In this document: one piece after another, positions 29,563 to 39,187 of the stretch
Position numbering within the stretch: the stretch's first letter is position 1
Layout: each line of letters begins with the position of its first letter
The notes under the pieces: model-generated
What the model saw: the letters and a program-made list of their open reading frames with translations, nothing else
Databases searched by the model: none
What the model was told of the DNA's origin: nothing
Translations under genes and position numbers: made by a program
Assembly: GCA_963782915.1 (NCBI GenBank)
Contig: CAWALK010000020.1
Location: 256,001-320,000 of the forward strand
Direction: 5' to 3'
Origin: an uncultured archaeon
GTDB lineage: Archaea > Thermoproteota > Bathyarchaeia > Bathyarchaeales > Bathycorpusculaceae
DNA: 64,000 nt

Positions 29563-30342
29563 ATGCAGCAAAAACTATTACTTAAAGCGGCAATAACACA
29601 AACAACCCAAACAATCACAACACCGCTTGCCTTTAATGTGCCAGACATAGATGGGCTTTTTCCTGGATTCAAAGCAGGCGACTTCGCCGTAGTCTATGGA
29701 CCACAATCAGTTACTTCATTAATGTCACAACTCGTCGTTCGAGCGCAACTGCCCAAACAACTCGGCGGTTTAGAAAGTAAAGTGGTTTTCATTGACGCAG
29801 CCAACAGTTCCTCACTATCAAATATTTTGCAGGCTGCAGAACAACAACACTTAGACCCTAAAACAGCGCTTGGAAACGTTGTTAACATGCGCGCATACAC
29901 AGCTTATCGGTTGACTTCACTGATAATGGAGGAGCTAGAAGAAGCTCTGGCAGTATCCAACGCAAAAATCGTAGTTATCTCTGACATCGTATGTCCATTC
30001 CTAAATGATAATATAGATGACCAAGAAGCAAAAGCCGTCTACAGCCAAATCATGAGTAATCTCGCAAGCTTTGCAAAAAGACACAAAATCACCATAGTCG
30101 CAACATACCTATCGCATGAAAGCAACAGAAGAAACAGTACTCTACAAGAAATCAGTACATCAAAAGCGGGTACGGTGCTTAGATTCACAAAAACACCCTA
30201 CACAAGTGAAGTAGAGTTGGAGAAGCATCCATCATACATGTTGGGTGTTGTAGAGTTTACTCCTGAAATCAAAACCTTAACGGACTACTCTGCTTCAAGC
30301 AACGGAAACATGGGCTTTACGCTAAGCTACAGAAAATTATAA
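29563..30342 (+). CDS. RecA/RadA-fold protein with degenerate Walker A motif
   Basis: IDGLFPGFKAGDFAVVYG, VRAQLPKQLGGLESKVVFIDAAN and RAYTAY resemble RadA/Rad51; the GKT of the P-loop is absent. Confidence 0.75.
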   Translation: MQQKLLLKAAITQTTQTITTPLAFNVPDIDGLFPGFKAGDFAVVYGPQSVTSLMSQLVVRAQLPKQLGGLESKVVFIDAANSSSLSNILQAAEQQHLDPKTALGNVVNMRAYTAYRLTSLIMEELEEALAVSNAKIVVISDIVCPFLNDNIDDQEAKAVYSQIMSNLASFAKRHKITIVATYLSHESNRRNSTLQEISTSKAGTVLRFTKTPYTSEVELEKHPSYMLGVVEFTPEIKTLTDYSASSNGNMGFTLSYRKL

Positions 30343-30377
30343 AAAAGCTCCCTTTATTAAAGGAAATTAAAATAGGA

Positions 30378-30779
30378 TTAAGAGAACACAGAGAACGACG
30401 ATTCGCCTTCAGGCTCTTCGTTTTTCTTGTTGATCTCAGCGATTTTCTTGTTAACTTCCTCAACTTCTTTGGTGTTGCCTAAGGCTTTTTGGCTGTCCCT
30501 CACGTTTTCAAGTGCACTTACACCATAACGGTCAAAGCCCTTGCCCAAGGAGATGTCAGCGGATTTAGTGAAGAACTCAACAGCTTTCTCGTATTCTTTT
30601 AGGTTGAAGCTGCATTCGCCTGCTTTATAGTTCATTTCTGCGGAGCCAAAGTAGTTTTGGCCTTTATAGTAGAGGTCTGCGACTTTCGCGAAGAGGTCAC
30701 GTGCCTCTGCGAGTTTGCCGCTCTCCATTAAGGCTTGAGCGTCTTTGTGGAGTTTGATCGTGTCTACTTTTTCAGTCAT
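30378..30779 (-). CDS. TPR/SNAP-like helical repeat protein
   Basis: Repeated A..Y.KAG...F...EYEKAVEFF.KS helices. Confidence 0.75.
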   Translation of the reverse strand: MTEKVDTIKLHKDAQALMESGKLAEARDLFAKVADLYYKGQNYFGSAEMNYKAGECSFNLKEYEKAVEFFTKSADISLGKGFDRYGVSALENVRDSQKALGNTKEVEEVNKKIAEINKKNEEPEGESSFSVFS

Positions 30780-30841
30780 AATCATCAACGGCAAAATTAT
30801 TGAGGGAACTCACATTTAGAATTTTCCCTTAACAAAAGACA

Positions 30842-30925
30842 GCGCTAGCCCCCTCCCTCGCTTATGCGAAACAAAATAGAGGCAAGTTTGTTGCTCTGCA
30901 CAGACCCCCCTCCCCTCTATATAAA
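30842..30925 (-). repeat. Dispersed G-rich repeat pair, locus D
   Basis: Minus strand TTTATATAGAGGGGAGGGGGGTCTGTGCAGAGCAACAAAC (30925-30886), then CATAAGCGAGGGAGGGGGCTAGCGC (30866-30842). Confidence 0.85.
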
Positions 30926-31018
30926 GGCGGATTAGTTGTTGATTGACTGATGCAACATACCCTTATATGTTCTATAACATACTTAAGTATAAGCAAAGGG
31001 CTAATTTTGAACAGAGTA

Positions 31019-31819
31019 ATGCTTAAGCAAACAGATCAGCCATCGATTACAGAAATCAGGGCTACGTCACCCCAAACAGAAATTTTAACACTCAATGGTG
31101 CCTTAATTTTAAGTGGACACCAACCCACCCTGCTTCCATATCCCGGCTTCTTCTATCGAATGTACCATTCAAACATCATGGATATCTGTCCCTATGACCC
31201 CTTTAGCCGCCACAGCGACCGCTACCAGCACCGAGTCAAAATCGGAACCGATGCAAATTGGCGCTGGCTTACCCTGCCTGTGGAAGCTTCAAATGGCTGC
31301 TCTATAATGGATGTAAAACTCAAAACTAACCTGCTCACCGATCGCTGGTGCGAATTAGAACAAGTTTACCGAAAATATCCTCTATGGAAAGAATACAGGG
31401 CTGAGTTGAAAGAGATTTTCTTTGGTTACAACTGCCTCTGGGAGCTTAACATGCGCCTTATTCTTTGGATAAGGGATATTTTGAGCATCAAAACATATCT
31501 CTCCATCTCTTATGGCGCAAAAGGCTGCGATACAACGGAGCGTGTGGCTTCGCAGTTCTCAAACTATGGCTCAGTGGTCTATCTAGCCGGCAAAGGCAGC
31601 CTGGACTATTTGGACACCCAAAAATATGAACACTTAACCAACTCAACCATCGCCATAGTCACCTATACGCCGCCCCCGCCGTTCTCAACGGTTTCTATAC
31701 TGACACCGCTAATGCTTTATGCACCCCAGAAAGTCCTGGAAATCCTAAACATCAAAAAAGAACCCATAAAAGTGATGGTTAACGGCGCTGAATACAGCGT
31801 CGATTACCTGAACAGCTAA
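31019..31819 (+). CDS. WbqC-like family protein
   Basis: HQP.LLPYPGFF, YQHRVKI, WLTLPV and YLAGKGSLDYLD. Confidence 0.8.
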   Translation: MLKQTDQPSITEIRATSPQTEILTLNGALILSGHQPTLLPYPGFFYRMYHSNIMDICPYDPFSRHSDRYQHRVKIGTDANWRWLTLPVEASNGCSIMDVKLKTNLLTDRWCELEQVYRKYPLWKEYRAELKEIFFGYNCLWELNMRLILWIRDILSIKTYLSISYGAKGCDTTERVASQFSNYGSVVYLAGKGSLDYLDTQKYEHLTNSTIAIVTYTPPPPFSTVSILTPLMLYAPQKVLEILNIKKEPIKVMVNGAEYSVDYLNS

Positions 31820-31821
31820 AC

Positions 31822-32732
31822 TTATGGCGCCATCAGTTTAAGATAGATGGCTTTTGCCGAATAGAGCCTATTTTCAGCTTGCTCATAAATCACTGCTTTC
31901 GGATTTTGGATAGATTCTGCATCTATTTCGTAGCCCCGGTGAATGGGCATGTCATGCATGATGTAGGCGTCGCTTCCTTTGAGTAACTGTGTATTGATTT
32001 GGTAGGGCATCATGAGTTTGATGCGTTTCTCTTTTTCAGCTGCGAATTTGGGGTCGGTGAAGAATTCCATATCAATCCATGTATCAGTATAAACGAAATC
32101 TGCGTCTGCAACCGCCTTTTTTAACATCCAAAGTGGATTCCCAGAGCCCAGATTTCTTTGCTTCAGCCAAAATTTCGTCGTCACGTGAAGCCTCATTAAA
32201 AATCGGTGTAACCGTGGTTAATTTGACGCCTGTTTTCGTGCAGCCCTCAATGAGGCTGTTGGTGACATTGTTGTGGACGCCGATGTAGACGAGTTTGGCG
32301 CCTTTGAGTTTCCCCTTTTCTCTTTTATAGTGATTAAATCGGCTAGGGCTTGGCTGGGGTGATATTTTTCGTCACAGCCATTAATGACTGGAACACGTGA
32401 AGCAGCTGCCATCTTCAGCAAATCCGAATTGCACAGCAACCGCGCCATGATGCAGTCGACATTGCGGGAGAGATACTGGAGTTCATCTGAGATGTCGGCT
32501 AAGGCGAAGTTTGTGGTTCGCCAGTCAATGTATAATGCGTGGCCGCCCAGCTGAGTCATAGCTACCTCAAAGCTAACGCGGGTACGAGTAGAGGTTTTCT
32601 GGAAAATCAGGGCTGCAGATTTGCCCTCGAAGGTTTTCAGGTATTTTTTGGGGTTGTTTTAACTTCAATGCCTAAATCAACAAGGCCCTCGAGGTGTTTT
32701 CCACTTAATTCTTTGAAGTTAAGCAAATGCAT
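31822..32732 (-). CDS. argF: Ornithine carbamoyltransferase-like transcarbamylase (several frameshifts)
   Basis: FQKTSTRTRVSFE, PVING...HPSQALAD, YTDTW, HDMP and EQAENR; ATG at 32732 (MHLLNFKEL). Confidence 0.85.
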
Positions 32733-32833
32733 CTTTAATGTGCCTTCAGTTACGCTTGAATCAACCATGCAATAATAAGCTTTATGCAAAAACCTTTTCC
32801 GTAGAACCACTCAACCTGTACTTGGGACAAGAC

Positions 32834-33661
32834 ATGATTCTGCTCGTATCTTCCAACAAGGACATTGCAAGCCAAACAATCAAGCAGCAAATCCTAAAAC
32901 ACTACATCTTCCACCAAACCCCCGAGACATTCGAACAGAACCCAGTTTATACCGCAGATGTCAACGAAAAAAGAGTTACATTGATAACTTTAAACGAGGA
33001 ATCGGTGCGGGCGCAGGATTTACCTGAGAAATTTCCAGAGGCAGAACTCATCGTTTTCATCTCACGCCATAGCAGCCAAAGCGCCAAACCAACCTTAACT
33101 GTTCATACCCCCGGAAACTTTGGAGCTGCAGAACTCGGCGGATTACCCAAAAACGTCTCCGTTTCCCCCGCGGTTGCGATGCAAACAGCCCTAAGAGCAT
33201 TACTGCACTACAAACAGCAACAGTTACTGCTTAACTATGAAGTTTCATACGAATGCACCCATCATGGCCCAAGCCTAAAAGTGCCCACAATGTTCATTGA
33301 ACTCGGAAGCTCCCCCGCGCAATGGAGTGATTCAGTGGCAGCCGAAGCTGTTGCACATAGCGCCATGACTGCAATCGCCAACTTTGAAACCCCAACAGCC
33401 ACCGCAGTTTTGGGCATCGGCGGAACACATTACAATCAACAGTTTACGTTGATGGCTATGGTGGGGGCAGCAACGTTTGGGCATATGATTCCAAAATACG
33501 CTGTTTCCTTAATAGATGCTGATTTGATCAGGCAGTGTGTGGAGAAAACTTTGGAGAAAGTGCCTTTAGCGTTGCTAGATTGGAAGGGTATTAAAAGTGA
33601 AGATAAACCTGGCTTGCTCGCTGCTTTGGAATCCGCTGGGTTGCCCTACAACAAAGTTTAA
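32834..33661 (+). CDS. dtdA: Archaeal D-aminoacyl-tRNA deacylase (DTD2)
   Basis: SRHSS, LTVHTPGN, ECTHHGP, FIELGS, GIGGTHY and GHMIPKY. Confidence 0.93.
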   Translation: MILLVSSNKDIASQTIKQQILKHYIFHQTPETFEQNPVYTADVNEKRVTLITLNEESVRAQDLPEKFPEAELIVFISRHSSQSAKPTLTVHTPGNFGAAELGGLPKNVSVSPAVAMQTALRALLHYKQQQLLLNYEVSYECTHHGPSLKVPTMFIELGSSPAQWSDSVAAEAVAHSAMTAIANFETPTATAVLGIGGTHYNQQFTLMAMVGAATFGHMIPKYAVSLIDADLIRQCVEKTLEKVPLALLDWKGIKSEDKPGLLAALESAGLPYNKV

Positions 33662-33780
33662 GCTTAACTGTGCCCATTTCCTTACGGGTAATGTTTAAAC
33701 GTCTTTATATTGTAGTTTTTAAACCTAAAAATTACAGCAACGTTTATTATTCCTGATGAAATCTTGAGTGTGCGGTAAAT

Positions 33781-33966
33781 ATGGGAGTAAAATCTTGGCT
33801 AACGCAGGCAGCTAGAACCTTAAAACTAGCCGTTAAACCTGATCGCGAAGAGCTCTGGCTCTCAGTCAAAATCAGCCTCTTAGGCATAGGAGCAGTCGGC
33901 TTAATCGGTTTCGTCATTAAACTACTAGCGTTCTTTTTAACTCAAACTGCCCCCGCAACTACTTAG
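33781..33966 (+). CDS. secE: Protein translocase subunit SecE/Sec61gamma
   Basis: RTLKLAVKPDREE + TM (GLIGFVI); precedes spt5. Confidence 0.92.
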   Translation: MGVKSWLTQAARTLKLAVKPDREELWLSVKISLLGIGAVGLIGFVIKLLAFFLTQTAPATT

Positions 33967-33978
33967 AAGGTCACATGT

Positions 33979-34452
33979 ATGGATAAAAAAGAAGAGCTCT
34001 CACAAGTAAAAATATTCGCAGTTAAAACAACCACCGGCCAAGAACGCAACGTGGCACGGTTAATTGCATCCAAAGTAGAAATGACTCATATCCCAATAAA
34101 GGCTCTTCTTGTGCCAGACACACTAAAAGGCTACGTCTTCATCGAAGCAGATGGACCACACCTAATAGAAGAAGCCATCGCAGGCGTAAGACACGTCCGC
34201 TCCAGAATTCCAGGTCTAATCAGCTTCAACGAAATCGAACGCTACATAGTCCGCAAGCCAGTCATGGAAGACCTCAACGAAGATGACGTTGTAGAAATCA
34301 CCGGCGGACCATTCAAAGGTATGCGAGCCAAAATCACAAGACTCGATAAGTCTAAAGGCGAAGTTACGCTCGAATTACTCGAAGCAACATTCACTTTGCC
34401 AATTACAGTACATTCAGACTATGTAAAACTAGTAGAAAAAGCAAAAGCATAA
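33979..34452 (+). CDS. spt5: Transcription elongation factor Spt5/NusG
   Basis: AVKTTTGQE, KGYVFIEA and the KOW motif VEITGGPFKG. Confidence 0.96.
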   Translation: MDKKEELSQVKIFAVKTTTGQERNVARLIASKVEMTHIPIKALLVPDTLKGYVFIEADGPHLIEEAIAGVRHVRSRIPGLISFNEIERYIVRKPVMEDLNEDDVVEITGGPFKGMRAKITRLDKSKGEVTLELLEATFTLPITVHSDYVKLVEKAKA

Positions 34453-34463
34453 AGTGATACAAA

Positions 34464-34952
34464 ATGGCAGACAAAAAAGTTGTAGAATTAATCGTCAGCG
34501 GCGGTCAAGCCAACGCAGGTCCACCATTGGGTCCAGCATTGGGTCCATTAGGCGTCAACATAGTGGCTATTGTCAATAAAATCAACGAAATCACAAAAGA
34601 ATACGCTGGAATGAAAGTTCCAGTAAAGATAGCCGTTGACACTGAAGATAAAACCTTCGAAATAACCGTCGGCACACCCACAGCATCCGCACTAATAGTT
34701 GCTGAACTAAAAATCGAGAAAGGCTCAGGTACACCAAACAGCGTTAAAGTTGGCGACTTGACTATGGAGCAAATAGTAAAGATTGCAAAAATCAAGGCTC
34801 CACAGCTCTTAGCACCAAACACAAAGAAAGCTACAAAAGAGTTGCTCGGTACATGTGTCAGCATGGGCGTAACCGTTGAAGGCAAAGACCCCCGAGAAGT
34901 CCAGAGAGACATTGACGCTGGCACCTACGATAATGTATTCGGTAGTCCCTAA
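34464..34952 (+). CDS. rpl11: 50S ribosomal protein uL11
   Basis: [24 protein letters not shown] and [12 protein letters not shown]. Confidence 0.97.
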   Translation: MADKKVVELIVSGGQANAGPPLGPALGPLGVNIVAIVNKINEITKEYAGMKVPVKIAVDTEDKTFEITVGTPTASALIVAELKIEKGSGTPNSVKVGDLTMEQIVKIAKIKAPQLLAPNTKKATKELLGTCVSMGVTVEGKDPREVQRDIDAGTYDNVFGSP

Positions 34953-35010
34953 TGTTAAGCGAATATTTTTATAATGGGGTTCTTATCCCCTATTGGCACG
35001 AGGCTTAAAA

Positions 35011-35664
35011 ATGCCCCTAGACACTAAAACCATTACAGAAGCAATTAAACAGGCAAAAGCTAAATCTGGTGAAAAGAAGTTCAACCAGACCATAGACTTG
35101 ATCCTTGACATCGTCGAAATCGACATGAAGGCACCAGAAGGCAAAATCCAAGAGATAGTAGAACTTCCACATGCAACAGGCAAACCAAACAAAATTTGTG
35201 TAGTTGCTTCTAGCGGAGACTTCGTTGTAAAAGCGAAGGGTACCGAAGCTGAAAAGGTAATTGAACGCTCAGACCTAGATGCCTTAAACGGCAAAAAGAA
35301 GGAACTGCGTAAACTCGCCAGCGACTACGACGTTTTCATCTGCGAAGTCCCATTGATGCCCTTGGTCGGTAGGATTTTGGGTCCAGTTTTGGGTCCAAGA
35401 GGCAAAATGCCAATTCCAGTTCCAGGAAACGCTGACTTAGCCGCACTAATCAAAAAGCACCGCAACACCGTAATTGTAAGAATGCGCGCTCAACCAATCA
35501 TTCAAGTTTCCGTTGGCTCCCAACAGATGAAGGATGAAGAAATAGTCGATAACACCATGACGGTTCTACGTATGTTAGATGGAAAATTAAAGCGTGGACT
35601 TAAAAACGTAAAGTTCGCTTTCATCAAGACCTCCATGGGTGAGCCAGTCAAAATTAAAGCTTAA
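35011..35664 (+). CDS. rpl1: 50S ribosomal protein uL1
   Basis: KFNQTIDL, LGPVLGPRGKMP and KTSMG. Confidence 0.96.
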   Translation: MPLDTKTITEAIKQAKAKSGEKKFNQTIDLILDIVEIDMKAPEGKIQEIVELPHATGKPNKICVVASSGDFVVKAKGTEAEKVIERSDLDALNGKKKELRKLASDYDVFICEVPLMPLVGRILGPVLGPRGKMPIPVPGNADLAALIKKHRNTVIVRMRAQPIIQVSVGSQQMKDEEIVDNTMTVLRMLDGKLKRGLKNVKFAFIKTSMGEPVKIKA

Positions 35665-35678
35665 GGAGAAGAAGAATT

Positions 35679-36545
35679 ATGCCATCCCAACAAGTATTAG
35701 ATGAGAAATCAAGCGAAGTAGAAGCCATAAAAGACATATTCAAAGAATACAAATCCGTCGGCATCGCCAGCCTCAAGAAGGTCCGCGCCTCACAGCTACA
35801 AGAACTCAAAAAAACCATGAAAGGCCAAGTTTACCTACGCGTCCTCAAGAACACACTGACTAAAATTGCCCTTGAAGAACTGAACCAAGCAGAACTCAAA
35901 AAGCTTGAGGAATACTTGGAAGGATCAAACGTTTTCCTCTTCACTGACTTAAACCCCTTCAAATTAGCCTTAATGCTCGAGAAGGGCAAAGTCAAAACCT
36001 TCGCTAAAGCAAACGATACCGCAGCAGAAGACATAGTTGTTCCATCAAGCAACACCGGTCAACCACCAGGACCAGTCATCAGCCAACTAAACGCCGTCGG
36101 CCTTCCTACAAGAATCGAGAACGGCAGCGTCTGGGTTAGCAAAGACACCCTTGTCGTACGCAAAGGTGAAGCAATCAACGATCGATTGGCAGGTGTCCTA
36201 TCTAAACTCGGCATAAAATCCGTCGAGTTAGGCATCTCCATGCGTGCAGTCTACGACAACGGTATGATGATTAACGGTGACCTACTCAAAGTTGACGTAG
36301 CAGCCACAAAACGCAGTGTTGAAGTAAGCAACCAAGAAGCATTCGCACTCGCACTCGAAGTCGGATACGCATCTAAAGATACAATTAAGCCACTACTACA
36401 ACGTGCACACCAGAAAGCAGTATCACTATCAGTCGGAGCAGCCATCCCAACCAAAGATACCATTGCAGAATTAATCCGCAAAGCCAACTCAGAAATGACT
36501 AGCCTAAGCAGCGCAGTCGACAAGGCCAAGCCAAAAGCAGCCTAA
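35679..36545 (+). CDS. rpl10: 50S ribosomal protein uL10 (P0)
   Basis: KNTL, FTDLNPFKL, NTGQPPGP and LSKLGIK. Confidence 0.95.
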   Translation: MPSQQVLDEKSSEVEAIKDIFKEYKSVGIASLKKVRASQLQELKKTMKGQVYLRVLKNTLTKIALEELNQAELKKLEEYLEGSNVFLFTDLNPFKLALMLEKGKVKTFAKANDTAAEDIVVPSSNTGQPPGPVISQLNAVGLPTRIENGSVWVSKDTLVVRKGEAINDRLAGVLSKLGIKSVELGISMRAVYDNGMMINGDLLKVDVAATKRSVEVSNQEAFALALEVGYASKDTIKPLLQRAHQKAVSLSVGAAIPTKDTIAELIRKANSEMTSLSSAVDKAKPKAA

Positions 36546-36625
36546 AATTTTCTTTTCTCTTTTATTGTTTTTATTTTACAATTTAGAGTTAAGCTTTGAT
36601 TTTGAATTCTATTTTATTTTTAGAG
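36546..36625 (+). terminator. T-rich terminator region after rpl10
   Basis: Dense oligo-T tracts directly after the stop codon. Confidence 0.5.
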
Positions 36626-36676
36626 TTAGCTCTCTATTTCCGTTTTTCCTAAAAAAGAGAAGGTTATGAAAAAATG

Positions 36677-37015
36677 TTAGTCTACGTGTTCATGCTCATG
36701 ATCGTGTTCATGTTCATGCGCATGTTCATGGGTATGGCTGGTTCTGTATGACGCACGCCAGGCTCTGCCAATTACCGCCGAAATAATCGCCACAACAAGG
36801 AAAGTCACAGCGGTTAAGAATAGGTCGCCGCCGCCTGAGAGGCCACCGGTTAAAACCCAGACTAGAAGCGCCGCTAACAGTGCGATTGGGAACGCGAATA
36901 GGAAGCCGACGATGGCAATTATGATTATGCCTACCACTATTAAGATGACAAGTATCCAAAGAAGAGACCAAAAATCAGTGGGTATAGCTATCTGTAGAGC
37001 AGTTAGCATTGACAA
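36677..37015 (-). CDS. Small 3-TM membrane protein with His/Glu-rich C-terminal tail
   Basis: Three hydrophobic segments, then SHTHEHAHEHEHDHEHEHVD. Confidence 0.75.
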   Translation of the reverse strand: MSMLTALQIAIPTDFWSLLWILVILIVVGIIIIAIVGFLFAFPIALLAALLVWVLTGGLSGGGDLFLTAVTFLVVAIISAVIGRAWRASYRTSHTHEHAHEHEHDHEHEHVD

Positions 37016-37104
37016 AAATTTTACCTCTGACTAGAAAGGGGCCTTTTTGGATATTTAACGGTTTGTTACATGCGTTGGTTGCCCACAAAAAAGGGTCGGC
37101 AGCT

Positions 37105-37560
37105 TTATTTTTCTAAGCGGTGCCTGTAACCTTCATAGTCGGGCAGTCTGCGACAATAATCCTCATGCATCAACGTTGATGATATTATGAAGTCAGCGGA
37201 GGACCTGTTCATGGCAATGGGAATATTCCAAACAACCGCCACTCGCAGGAGCGCTTTTACATCTGGGTCATGAGGCAATGGCGCCAATGGATCCCAGAAG
37301 AATATGAGGAAGTCGATGTCGCCGTCGGCTATGCGTGCGCCAACCTGCATGTCCCCACCCAAAGGACCCGACTCTAAAACATGAATGTCCAAGCCTAATT
37401 CTTTCTCAAGAAGCAACCCAGTGGTTCCAGTCGCGTAAAGGTCATGTTTCTCCAGCAGAGTACAGTTGTATTTTGCCCACTGTAGCATGTCCTCTTTTTT
37501 GTTATCATGGGCGATAAGCGCGATTCTTTTTTTGCGTCTAATAGTTGCAGATTTTATCAA
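37105..37560 (-). CDS. mgsA: Methylglyoxal synthase
   Basis: [49 protein letters not shown]. Confidence 0.96.
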   Translation of the reverse strand: MIKSATIRRKKRIALIAHDNKKEDMLQWAKYNCTLLEKHDLYATGTTGLLLEKELGLDIHVLESGPLGGDMQVGARIADGDIDFLIFFWDPLAPLPHDPDVKALLRVAVVWNIPIAMNRSSADFIISSTLMHEDYCRRLPDYEGYRHRLEK

Positions 37561-37694
37561 GCTGCTTCCCTAGCCTTAGCGTTTGCGGATTTCTTTATAA
37601 TTGTTCCGCTGTACAACAATCGATTAGCACTGTGAATTAGGAATAAAGGTTATTTAGGCAAAGCTTCGATAGGCGATGTTCGGGGAGAAGATAG

Positions 37695-38332
37695 TTGGGT
37701 GCATTGAAGAGTTTAGCCCAAGGTTACCTCGCTGCTACGGGTATCGTGTGGGTCTTTAACATTATAGCGTTGATTAGGGGCGGCGACGCTTGGTTGGGGC
37801 TGGCTTATTTGTTGATTCTGCTTATTCCAGTCTCAAGCTTAGCTATCCTCAAACTGTCGGGCTCCAACCAGGTTACACTTGACCGCAAGGTAGATTGGCG
37901 TAGCCTCCTCTTTGGCTTCCAAGGCGTAGCCTTAGCGTTCTGGAGCTTCGACATAATAACAACATTCTATGCCATAGACTTCACCGGTTTAGCCATCGAA
38001 TTAAACCCGATGGGTTGGCCTATGGGCATCTTGGGCGCCTTCGCCTTTTACGGTCCAACCTTGATGTTTGCGTATATGTTGCTGTTTAGAATCAAAGCCA
38101 ACATTGCCCTCTACGCTGCGGTGCCCTTAACGTTTATAACGTTGGGGATGGCTTCCATGAATTTGGTGGCGGGGGCGCAGAACTTCCAAGTTTTCGTTGA
38201 CACCGCCGCACTTGACGCGGCATACGCTTCGGGTTGTTAGCAACGATTGCCACCTTAAACTTGGCAATCCCATTAACCCTAAAACACACGATTACCCACC
38301 CCAAACCGCAATTTAGCCTAAAATCGGCTTAA
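37695..38332 (+). CDS. Multi-TM membrane protein, DUF5658-like (frameshift near 38220)
   Basis: D..TT......ELNP motif within the TMs; a hydrophobic continuation in another frame ends at 38332. Confidence 0.6.
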
Positions 38333-38475
38333 ACATGCTGCTTGCTCCCACGTTGCCTGCGGTGATAGAGGTCCTCTTGAGTGTCCGGTTTATGTTTAAT
38401 CCCTTCACGAGTAGGCACTGTGGTTGTATGGTCTTTAGGTTCTACTTCAACGTCTTCAGAAACCGCTTCGTTCAT
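38329..38475 (-). CDS. Putative 48-aa small protein (absent from the ORF track)
   Basis: MNEAVSEDVEVEPKDHTTTVPTREGIKHKPDTQEDLYHRRQRGSKQHV; preceded by AGAAGGA; fills the gap between neighbours. Confidence 0.35.
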   Translation of the reverse strand: MNEAVSEDVEVEPKDHTTTVPTREGIKHKPDTQEDLYHRRQRGSKQHV

Positions 38476-38609
38476 GGGCAAATCCTTCTTTCTACCCAAA
38501 AAATGTTCACCTCAACAAACAGCGAGTAAAGTAACATCTTAAGCATATGTGGGTTAATGCAAGCAACAACAAGAAACAAAAATCAAAAAATAAATTAAAA
38601 AACGGTTTG

Positions 38610-39089
38610 TTACGCTAATTTCTTAGTCATAACGTACGCGTCTTCGCCGTCACTGTAGTACCCGTTAATTGTGCGGGTAATCTCAAAACCCAACTTTTTA
38701 TACAGCGAAATCGCAGCATCATTCGTCACACGCACTTCCAAGAAGCCCTGCTTAGCCTTATAGTACTCCATGCCCTGCAGTGCCCTGTTAATAATTCCTT
38801 GGGCAACACCTTTCCTTCTGGCTTGCGGCAACACTGCAATAGAGACAACATGGCCTTTCCGGACTAAGCCGCCGAAGCCAAAATTCGATAACCCTACTTC
38901 TATGCGGCACATGATGTAGCCGATGATTTTTCCCTCTTCCTCTGCAACGATAAAGGTCTCCGGAAACCGTTGATGAAGGTCCACGAAGAAGAAATCAGTA
39001 TAGTTTTCTGGGAGGCATACACGGTTGATTTGCATAACCGATTGTAGGTCGTCTGGGACAAATTTGCGTAGTATGAAGGTTTGTTGCAT
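38610..39089 (-). CDS. rimI: N-terminal acetyltransferase (Ard1/RimI family)
   Basis: CLPENY, GYIMCRIE, KGHVVSIAV, LEVRVTN and YYSDGEDAYVM. Confidence 0.93.
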   Translation of the reverse strand: MQQTFILRKFVPDDLQSVMQINRVCLPENYTDFFFVDLHQRFPETFIVAEEEGKIIGYIMCRIEVGLSNFGFGGLVRKGHVVSIAVLPQARRKGVAQGIINRALQGMEYYKAKQGFLEVRVTNDAAISLYKKLGFEITRTINGYYSDGEDAYVMTKKLA

Positions 39090-39187
39090 CGTTTCGCCTT
39101 GCCTAAACAGGATTTCCGTGTTTAAACTTAAAGGTTACGCTTTAAACGTCAACCATGCGCCTACAATTCCATATTGGAGATGCGGGT

